IMG/VR virus record: IMGVR_UViG_3300020048_000062
Location: 34,938 to 98,937 of that record
Origin: a virus
Reading direction: 5' to 3' (one strand)
DNA length: 64,000 nt
The notes beneath the pieces were generated by a model. It saw only the letters and a list, made by a program, of their open reading frames with translations, made no database searches and had not been told where the DNA came from. The position numbers and the translations under genes are program-made. This document shows, piece by piece, positions 39,067-48,000 of this stretch. Position 1 is the stretch's first letter; every line of letters begins with the position of its first letter.

Positions 39067-39833
39067 AAGAAAGAGTATTAGTAATTGGCGATAGTTGTGA
39101 GGATTTATTTAGATATGGTAGGTGTGAAAGGCTAAGTCCAGAAGCACCAGTACCAATCTTTTTACCAACCAGAACAACTGGCAATGGTGGTATGGCTATT
39201 AATGTATATGAAAACTTGAAAGCATTGGGTGTTGATTGTGATTTAATTACAAATGACATTCGACCAGTGAAAATGCGATTTGTTGATGAAGTTTCCAATC
39301 AAATGATATTAAGAGTTGACGAAAAGGATACTATCGAACAAATCAGGCTTGACGAAATCGAAAGAATTAACTTTGGAGTGTATGAAGCAGTAATTATTTG
39401 CGATTATAATAAGGGTTATCTTTCAGAAGAAGACATTAAACATATATGTAGAAACCATACGAGAGTTTTTATCGACACAAAGAAAAAACTTGATTCGTGG
39501 TGCTTGGGCGCATTTATGTTGAAGCTTAATAACAAGGAAGCTGACGAGAATTTGGATTTTTTAATGCTTAACAGTGAATTGATTGGCATTATTATTACCA
39601 AAGGAAAATCAGGTGCTGAATTAAATATGTTTGGCGAAGTAAGATTATTTCCTATTGAATCAGAACATGCTGTACGTGATCTAAGTGGTGCTGGTGATAC
39701 TTTTATTGCGGGACTTGTTGCAGATTTCATTTATAATGACGATATTTGCAGCGCAATTGAATATGCAAACAAATGTGCATCGTGGGTAGTTACCCAAAAG
39801 GGTGTGGCTATTGTGGATAAAAATAAGATATAA
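39063..39833 (+). CDS. rfaE: Heptose-7-phosphate kinase domain (RfaE/HldE domain I, PfkB family)
   Basis: VIGD..D...G...RLSPEAPVP, GG.A.NV, DYNKG, D.SGAGDTF. Confidence 0.85.
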   Translation: MKERVLVIGDSCEDLFRYGRCERLSPEAPVPIFLPTRTTGNGGMAINVYENLKALGVDCDLITNDIRPVKMRFVDEVSNQMILRVDEKDTIEQIRLDEIERINFGVYEAVIICDYNKGYLSEEDIKHICRNHTRVFIDTKKKLDSWCLGAFMLKLNNKEADENLDFLMLNSELIGIIITKGKSGAELNMFGEVRLFPIESEHAVRDLSGAGDTFIAGLVADFIYNDDICSAIEYANKCASWVVTQKGVAIVDKNKI

Positions 39834-39834
39834 A

Positions 39835-40470
39835 ATGAAACTCGCTAACATTGTTTATGAAAAGGAATTGGTTAATCATACAAAAGTTGATTACGTGAAC
39901 TACATTAATGTCGCAACTGAATATGATAAACTTGATAGGGATTTACCTACACTATATGTCGGTTGGTCGTTTATGAAGGCTTCCAATCCAAACAATGAAA
40001 TCATCAAAAATACGAATATTCTTGAGAGAAGAATCATCACAAATGAATTATATTGGGAATGTAGCTTCGATGAAAATAAAGGACTTCACGTAAAGGGAGT
40101 TGAGAATTTCATAAAATCGATACCTGAGTATTACTTCATACCTAAATATAAATACATCAACCACGACCCCGTATTTTTTCACATTAAAAACGTAGATGAC
40201 CTAATGAATGGGTTGCCAACAAATATAGATGCTACTTATAACTACAAAAATGAAATGCTATATGCTTTAGTTGATAACGTTATTTTTGGCATTAATTTAA
40301 AAATGTATCAGTATTTTAAATTTGATGTTGACGATTTATTGTTTAGAATTGCAGAAAGAACAGAGACTGGATTCCTCGATGAAGAAGGAATTTCATATCA
40401 ACACTATTACAAGATATTACCCGAATTTAAACAACTTAAAAGATATATAATCACAATCCTTAGTAAATAG
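39835..40470 (+). CDS. Hypothetical protein
   Basis: ORF coupled to rfaE; start reassigned to the ATG at 39835. Confidence 0.65.
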   Translation: MKLANIVYEKELVNHTKVDYVNYINVATEYDKLDRDLPTLYVGWSFMKASNPNNEIIKNTNILERRIITNELYWECSFDENKGLHVKGVENFIKSIPEYYFIPKYKYINHDPVFFHIKNVDDLMNGLPTNIDATYNYKNEMLYALVDNVIFGINLKMYQYFKFDVDDLLFRIAERTETGFLDEEGISYQHYYKILPEFKQLKRYIITILSK

Positions 40471-40540
40471 TTGTTTCTTGTAATTTATTGTACGAATTTT
40501 ATCTATTTCGGAGTATTTATATAATAAAATAACTTATATT

Positions 40541-40729
40541 ATGAAAAATGACATAGCTAAAGTACTCGATGATTTTGTTGGTTCTAACGATAATGAAAAT
40601 GAAACAACGATAAAAAAATCAAATAATAGTAAAAAAGTGGTTCTTGATGAACGTGAGGGTTTAATTGAACGTCTTGACCGTCAATATGTTACACCTGATG
40701 GACGTATGCTTTTAAGGGAACAATACTAA
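40541..40729 (+). CDS. Small hypothetical late protein
   Basis: 62 aa after GTATTTAT at 40513-40520. Confidence 0.6.
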   Translation: MKNDIAKVLDDFVGSNDNENETTIKKSNNSKKVVLDEREGLIERLDRQYVTPDGRMLLREQY

Positions 40730-40740
40730 TACATACACCA

Positions 40741-41484
40741 ATGATAGAAATAAAAACAAAACTTCATGAACAAGCTCTCAAGGAGTTCATGCACCGTGTT
40801 GATTACAGGGTAAAAGATACTGTCAATGAATCCCCGAATTATCGTCCATTAGTGGGTGTTGATGAAGAGTTTGACGAACTTCCAAAAACAAATGAGGCTG
40901 GCGAGCAAGAAGATGCACCTAAACCAGCAGGTGGCGCAGTACCACCCGCACCATCAAATGATCAACCAATGGGGGGAGCACCTGCTGCACCAGCAGAAGC
41001 ACCTGTACCACCAGATATTCCTTCACCAGACATTGCACCAGAAGGTGGAATGCCACCAGCAGGCGGTGCACCAGAAGGTGGAATGCCTGTTGTACCAACA
41101 GCAGAGCCAATACCTGCTGTAGATGATGTGCAGAATGAAATAATTAAGAGCAATATCGAAGCAATGAAAGCAATACATGACCAGTTGGAAATGTTGAGCA
41201 GCATGAGCCAAGCATTGGATGCTAAGTTAAACGTATTGACAACTGATGTTGAAGAAGTACGTGAACCAACTAATGTTCAGAAGCTTATGAGTAAAACGAA
41301 TGTTTCGTATCCATACTATTTCAATTTAAATGACTATTGGGAAGGTAACTGGTTTAATCAACAAAAGGAAGGGGAAGTGAGTAAAGGTATTAAAGAAATG
41401 CCAGACGGTACTTTCGTTGCAGACTTCGATGATTTGCCACAGCAGTCAAAGACCGATGTTCAAAATAGTTTTAACGACATATAA
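40741..41484 (+). CDS. Pro/Ala/acidic protein, possible head scaffold or internal protein
   Basis: Low-complexity PA-rich centre, coiled coil, SYPYY..L.DYW. Confidence 0.55.
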   Translation: MIEIKTKLHEQALKEFMHRVDYRVKDTVNESPNYRPLVGVDEEFDELPKTNEAGEQEDAPKPAGGAVPPAPSNDQPMGGAPAAPAEAPVPPDIPSPDIAPEGGMPPAGGAPEGGMPVVPTAEPIPAVDDVQNEIIKSNIEAMKAIHDQLEMLSSMSQALDAKLNVLTTDVEEVREPTNVQKLMSKTNVSYPYYFNLNDYWEGNWFNQQKEGEVSKGIKEMPDGTFVADFDDLPQQSKTDVQNSFNDI

Positions 41485-41487
41485 TAA

Positions 41488-41931
41488 ATGAGAATACTTC
41501 CAGCAACTGGTTCAAAAGAAAGACTCTTCCAAATGATGGGTAGAGTTAGTAAACTTAATGAAGAAATCCTTTCACCCGATAAAAAGAGTGAAGTGGTTAA
41601 AAACTTCATGGAGTTTGCTGGCGATAAGCTTAATTTGGATAAATTACCCAAAGTGAATCTTTCGTTTGATGAAACAGATGCACAAACAAGAAAGTCTTTT
41701 GGTAATTATAATCCAGAAGCTCACGAAATACTTGTTATAGCAGCGAATCGAAATTTAGGTGATATGCTTAGAACATTAGCTCATGAATTAGTACATTATA
41801 AACAAGATAAAGAAGGAAAGCTTAAGCCAAATTCAGGTGAAACTGGAAGCGCAGAAGAAAACGAGGCAAACTCATTAGCTGGCGTATTAATGAGAGAATT
41901 TGGTAAAAATAATCCAATCATATACGAATAA
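41488..41931 (+). CDS. Zincin-like metallopeptidase-domain protein
   Basis: RTLAHELVH (HExxH) and downstream E.EAN. Confidence 0.7.
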   Translation: MRILPATGSKERLFQMMGRVSKLNEEILSPDKKSEVVKNFMEFAGDKLNLDKLPKVNLSFDETDAQTRKSFGNYNPEAHEILVIAANRNLGDMLRTLAHELVHYKQDKEGKLKPNSGETGSAEENEANSLAGVLMREFGKNNPIIYE

Positions 41932-41940
41932 AGAAACAAT

Positions 41941-43503
41941 ATGAAAAGTAATAAATTATTCAACGTAGCAGGCAGCAAAGAAAGACTCTTTGAAATGATG
42001 CAAAAGGTAAATAAGGTTAGCCTACACGAAGGTTTTGACAATAGTAATGACGTTTACACTTATTTAGGTAGTGCATGGGGCGACCTTGCAAGCCATAAAC
42101 TCAGAGTTGACGAAACTAACACACAATCAGAAGGTAATGAAAGCTATGTTGAAGTCATTGCTACCGACCAAGCTGGAACTAAAATGAGATTTTCATTTAA
42201 GGTTAGTGCTGAACAGGGTGACCAAGATGGCGTTTGGAATATCATCAGAACAGATTTATTTGAATTTACGATGGGTTATGGTGATGAACACGGCATAAGT
42301 GTGAATAGCGATTCACAGGCGGTGAAAAACTTTAACGCAAGACAACAGCAATCTGTAATTATTGACGTGGTTAGTGAATTTGCTGATTTCGAAAGCGGTG
42401 AACCAGAAGTTGAACCAGAAATTGATGAAGAATACATGCAGGCAATGCAAAAAATCGATTCATATCCATTCGGTGGAGCACCTAAAGACCCAATGGTAAC
42501 GAGCCAGCAATATGGCGACCAGAAGCCTACAAATCCAGCACTTAGAGTTAAATCTCCTGAATTGAATAAGTTCGTTGATGAAGCACCTATTGTTATGGAC
42601 AATCCACAAACGGCTAACTTAGGTCAGCATTATTATGATAAATCTAATCCTAAATATGATATTATTGAGCAAGCAATTGAAGTTGTTAGAAAAGATTTAG
42701 CAATGAGAGGTCAAAGTGCAATAGATATACCAATTGAGGAATATAGAGAAAGAATAAGAGTAGCATCAGCACCAATATATGCAGATTATTTGGCACGAAT
42801 GAATGAAGGTAAGAAAAAGAAAAAAGAAGGCGATTATCCAAATCCTATTGGAAGTCACTTCAAACCAAAATCTGACTATCCAGTAGAAAAGAAAAAACCA
42901 CAAACAGCAGTAAATATTGATGAAGAGATTCCTGCTGGAAACTTAGGTCAGCCAAAACAGCCAGTACAACAGCAATTCAAAGGTGAATTTGATTTACATG
43001 AAAAAGAAGAATCGAGTGCAGGTATTGATAGTATTGAGCAAGATAAAGAAGAAAATGGTGAACAATTAAAAGGTGGATTAGGTGATAATAAAGAAGTACA
43101 AGAATTCGACCAAAAACAAGTTCTAATGGGATTAAAGGTTGAAATGGAACATACAGATGACCCTACAGTGGCATTAGAAATCGTTTTAGACCATCTTAGT
43201 GAAGACCCTAAGTACTACACTACAAAAGACGACCCAGAGGCTTCTGCACAAGCTAATGCAGCTTGTGATGCAGAGAAAATGGGTGGTGGAAACACTGAAA
43301 TTGGTATGAGTCATGCAATGGATACTACATATGGTACTCCGATGACACCACACGGTAAGCCACAGATATTACAACAAGACGCAGGCAATAAGGAAGAAGA
43401 AGATATTCTGCTCGGATTCAAACCACACAATGTTGGCGACGAAATCGAAGAAACATATGGAACTCCAAACCCATTGAAGATACCAATGTCGCCAAAACAA
43501 TAA
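41941..43503 (+). CDS. Acidic putative head-internal protein with a DUF5661-like domain
   Basis: GG.GD...FD..Q...G.KVEMEHTDD...A.EI..DHL.EDPKYY. Confidence 0.6.
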   Translation: MKSNKLFNVAGSKERLFEMMQKVNKVSLHEGFDNSNDVYTYLGSAWGDLASHKLRVDETNTQSEGNESYVEVIATDQAGTKMRFSFKVSAEQGDQDGVWNIIRTDLFEFTMGYGDEHGISVNSDSQAVKNFNARQQQSVIIDVVSEFADFESGEPEVEPEIDEEYMQAMQKIDSYPFGGAPKDPMVTSQQYGDQKPTNPALRVKSPELNKFVDEAPIVMDNPQTANLGQHYYDKSNPKYDIIEQAIEVVRKDLAMRGQSAIDIPIEEYRERIRVASAPIYADYLARMNEGKKKKKEGDYPNPIGSHFKPKSDYPVEKKKPQTAVNIDEEIPAGNLGQPKQPVQQQFKGEFDLHEKEESSAGIDSIEQDKEENGEQLKGGLGDNKEVQEFDQKQVLMGLKVEMEHTDDPTVALEIVLDHLSEDPKYYTTKDDPEASAQANAACDAEKMGGGNTEIGMSHAMDTTYGTPMTPHGKPQILQQDAGNKEEEDILLGFKPHNVGDEIEETYGTPNPLKIPMSPKQ

Positions 43504-43522
43504 ATTTTAATTATAAAGAAAT

Positions 43523-43557
43523 AAAAGAGACTGCCAATTGGTAGTCTTTTTTCTTTT
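43523..43557 (+). terminator. Intrinsic terminator
   Basis: aaaagagactgcc-aatt-ggtagtctttttt. Confidence 0.75.
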
Positions 43558-43582
43558 CCTGTATTTATAATAAAAAAACAGC

Positions 43583-45076
43583 ATGTCAGTCTTTAGGTCA
43601 TACTTTTCTCAGAATAATACGTTAATTAAAAATAACGTAACTAACAATGCATCAAATCCAGTTACTGAAATATCTTATGGTACTAGTAATGCAGAGGTTA
43701 CGAGATTTATATTGGATATTGACCTAAGTAACCTAGAGTCAAAAATAGCTCAAGGTTTATTAACCCCAAATTCTCCAATGAAGCATGTACTTCATTTGAC
43801 TAATACAATTAGTTATGCTCCACAATATATTGGTAAAAAATCTTATACAACTGCAATTAATAGAGCATCTAGTTTTGATTTAGACTTCTTCAATATTAAT
43901 CAGGCTTGGGATGGTGGTAGTGGTTATGATTTAAATTTTAACGATACTGTGGTGTTAAATCCTGTTGAGCAAGCATCAAACTGGTTTTCAGGAAAGACAA
44001 ACGTACTTTGGAATAATATTGGCGCATATCAAAATAATGTCACTCAAACTTTAGGTATTCAACATTTTGATGTTGGTAATGAAGATATTGATATTGATAT
44101 AACTAATTACATAAATCAGAGACTGTTTGGTGCTGCCTATACTGGTGTTACAATGTTTACAGGTGATACTTATGGTATTGGTATTAAATTTCCACAGGCA
44201 TTTGAAGAACAAAAAACAGAGTTCAGAGAAGCGGTGGCATTTCATGCAAAAGGCACAAATACTTGGTATGAACCATACCTTGAAACTACCATTGACGATA
44301 TCATTATTGACGATAGAAACTATTTTTATTTAGACAAAGAAAATTCATTATATTTTTATTCGAATAACAGTCTCCAAAATGTTATCGTTAATAAGGTAGA
44401 AATTTATGACCAAGATGGTGATTTAATCGATACTTTATCGGGCAGTTCTATTATAAGTGTGGGTAAGGGCATATCTAAAATAAACTTAACTGTAAGTTCT
44501 GATGACTATCCAGATGCCGTATTATTTAATGATAAATGGTATTTGACGATAAACGGTAAAACAAGTGAATATATTGGTGATTTTTATCTGATATCACAGA
44601 ATGGTTATTATGGCTTTGACAATTCTAATGACATTAATTTTGATAATTACTTCTTTTATTTTTGGGGAATTGGTGAAAGAGAAAAACTTGTGTCAGGTAA
44701 TGTTAGAAAAATTAAACTAACAATAAAAGAATTGTATCCAAATCAAAACAAATTTGTGCCTTTGGAGCTTGAGTATAGAATATTCACAACAATTGGTAGT
44801 AAATATGAGATAGATGTAATACCATTTACACCCATTAATAGGACAAATAGTGGATACTATTTCAATCTCGATACTTCTTGGTTAATTCCACAGGACTATT
44901 ACCTACAAATTAGAATGAAGAATGGTGACTACTATGAAAGCAAACAAACACTTTCATTTAGCATTGTCTCCAATGAAATTATGCATAAATCCCCAAACGT
45001 GATTGATTGTGGTAGACAATATCCAACTGGATTTATGTTCAATAAAATATTATTAGATAATTGTAAAAAATGGTAA
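43583..45076 (+). CDS. Putative virion structural protein
   Basis: 497 aa, beta-rich, after GTATTTAT at 43561-43568 and before the fibre gene. Confidence 0.6.
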   Translation: MSVFRSYFSQNNTLIKNNVTNNASNPVTEISYGTSNAEVTRFILDIDLSNLESKIAQGLLTPNSPMKHVLHLTNTISYAPQYIGKKSYTTAINRASSFDLDFFNINQAWDGGSGYDLNFNDTVVLNPVEQASNWFSGKTNVLWNNIGAYQNNVTQTLGIQHFDVGNEDIDIDITNYINQRLFGAAYTGVTMFTGDTYGIGIKFPQAFEEQKTEFREAVAFHAKGTNTWYEPYLETTIDDIIIDDRNYFYLDKENSLYFYSNNSLQNVIVNKVEIYDQDGDLIDTLSGSSIISVGKGISKINLTVSSDDYPDAVLFNDKWYLTINGKTSEYIGDFYLISQNGYYGFDNSNDINFDNYFFYFWGIGEREKLVSGNVRKIKLTIKELYPNQNKFVPLELEYRIFTTIGSKYEIDVIPFTPINRTNSGYYFNLDTSWLIPQDYYLQIRMKNGDYYESKQTLSFSIVSNEIMHKSPNVIDCGRQYPTGFMFNKILLDNCKKW

Positions 45077-45088
45077 ACTTAATATAGT

Positions 45089-48000
45089 ATGAGTAATATA
45101 ATAAAAATCTGTGTTACCGATGGAGTAACAACAACACAAGTATTTGCAAAAAATATTGATGATAATTTTAATGCTATTAATAGCGATGTAATGTTATTAT
45201 CTGGAGATACTTATAATAAATCCGAAACCGATTTATTATTGGATGATAAATTGGACATTAGTGTTTTTAATGTATACACAGGAAATACTGATTTATTATT
45301 AAATGATAAATTGGACATTAGTGTTTTTAATGTATACACAGGAAATACCTATACAAAATCAGAAACCGATTTATTATTGGATGATAAATTGGACATTAGT
45401 GTTTTTAATGTATACACAAGAAATACTGTAAGTGGTGCAAGTAATGGTCTTACGAGAGTTGGAAATGACATTACTTTAGGTGGAACACTAATCCAAGATA
45501 CGAATATTGATGGTAATTATACCTTAAGTATAGGTAGTGACACTAAATTGAACACAGCTAATGGTTATCAAATCAGTGGAGTTACAATCTTGCAAATACC
45601 TCTAAGTGGGTCTAATTCAATTTTTCTTGGGCATTATGCTGGTAGTAGTGGAAATACTGGTGCTAATAATATTGCTGTTGGTAGTCAAACATTACACAGT
45701 AACACAAGCGGTTATGAAAATATAGCAGTGGGTTGTGAAGCACTCATGTCAAATACTGTTGGTGATTGTAATGTTGCAATTGGAGCATATGCACTTAATC
45801 GTAATACTGTTGGTAATTGTAATTTAGCTATTGGAGGATATGCGCTTTATTTTAATGCAAGTGGTTGTAGTAATATTGCCTCTGGTGCAGGTGCACTTAC
45901 ATTCAATACATCTGGATGTTATAATGTAGCCACAGGAGGACATGCACTTCGCAACAACACAACTGGAAGTAATAATATCGGAATTGGTTATCAGGGTGCT
46001 GTTGGTAACACAACTGGGTGTAATAATATTGGAATTGGTAATAGCACCCTTAGTAATAGTAATATTGGTCACAATAATATAGCACTTGGAAATACAGCAC
46101 TTTACCTTAATACTACTGGTTGTGATAATGTTGCTGTTGGTTATCAGGCACTATTTAACAACGCTAGTGGTTGTAATAACATTGGAATCGGTTGTCAAGC
46201 ACTTTATTGTAATACCGAAGGTTCTGATAACGTTGCAAATGGTGCTGTGGCACTTCGTAACAACACGACAGGTTATGGTAATACGGCTAATGGTGTTTGT
46301 GCTCTCTTTAGTAATATAACAGGTTTATATAACACAGCTAATGGCTATCAATCACTTTATTGCAATACAAGAGGTTTTTATAATACTGCTAATGGAGTAC
46401 AGGTACTTTATAATAACACTCATGGTAATTGGAACACTGGTAATGGTGTGCAAGCACTTTATAATAATATAATTGGTAGTAATAACGTAGCAAATGGTGT
46501 GTGTGCACTTTTTTGGAACAGTAGTGGTTGTAGTAATACTGCTAATGGTTATAGTGCACTCTATAACAATAGAATTGGTTGTTATAACACTGCTAATGGT
46601 GTAGAAGCACTCTATAGCAACACTGAAGGTTGTTATAACACCGCTAATGGTTATGAGTCACTTTATAGCAACACCGAAGGTGGTTATAACAGTGCTAATG
46701 GTGTTCAAGCACTCTTTAACAACACAACTGGTGAAGGTAATACTGCTAATGGTTATGCTGCATTACTTAGCAATACAACTGGTGGTTATAACGTTGCAAA
46801 TGGTGCTGTGGCACTACGTTCTAACACAACTGGTGAAGGTAATACTGCTAATGGTTATTCTACACTCTTTAGCAACACGACAGGTAATAATAACGTAGCT
46901 AATGGCTTTTCTGCACTCTATATGAACACAACTGGTTGTCGAAACACTGCTAATGGCAATCAAGCACTCTATAGTAATACTACAGGTAATGATAACATTG
47001 CACAAGGCTCACAAGCACTCTATAGCAATACTACAGGTAATGATAACATTGCACAAGGCAATTCGGCATTAATTAACAATACTACAGGTTGTTATAACAT
47101 TGCACAAGGCTTATGTGCATTATATAGCAATACAACAGGTTATAATAACATTGCACAAGGCAATGAGGCATTATTTAACAATACTGAAGGTAGTAATAAT
47201 ATTGCACAAGGCAGTCAGGCATTATTTAACAACACAACAGGTACTGATAACATTGCACAAAGCGGTGAGGCATTATATAGCAACACAACAGGTTGTAATA
47301 ACATTGCACAAGGCTATTCGGCATTATATTACAATACTGAAGGTGGTGATAACATTGCACAAGGCTATGGGGCATTATATAGCAACACAACAGGTTGTAA
47401 TAACATTGCACAAGGCAGTTGGGCATTATATACCAATACTACAGGTTGTGATAACATTGCACAAGGCAGTTGTGCATTATGGGGCAATATAAGTGGTGGT
47501 AATAACATTGCTATAGGCAATTCGGCATTACAAGTCAATACTACAGGTGGTGATAACATTGCACAAGGCTATCAGGCGTTACTCAGCAATACTACAGGTA
47601 GTAATAACATTGCACAAGGCAATTCGGCATTAATTAACAACACAACAGGTACTAATAACATTGCACAAGGCTTTGGGGCATTAGCACTTAACACTACAGG
47701 TCGTAATAACATTGCACAAGGCTGTGAGGCATTATATAGCAACACAACAGGTTGTCAAAACATTGCACAAGGCTTATGTGCATTACGTAGCAATACTACT
47801 GGTAGTAATAACATTGCACAAGGCTTATGTGCATTACGTAGCAATACTACGGGTAGAGATAACATTGCACAAGGCTTATGTGCATTATATAGCAATATTA
47901 CAGGTTGTAATAATATTGCACAAGGCAATGGGGCATTACGTAGCAATACTGAAGGTATTAATAACATTGCACAAGGCAGTTCTGCATTACGTGCCAACAC

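Noticed and set aside
31793-39833. Bacterial LPS/capsule locus (host contamination or prophage boundary)
   Set aside because: No transport or polymerase genes; continuous with phage genes and contains the phage GTATTTAT motif and a homing endonuclease
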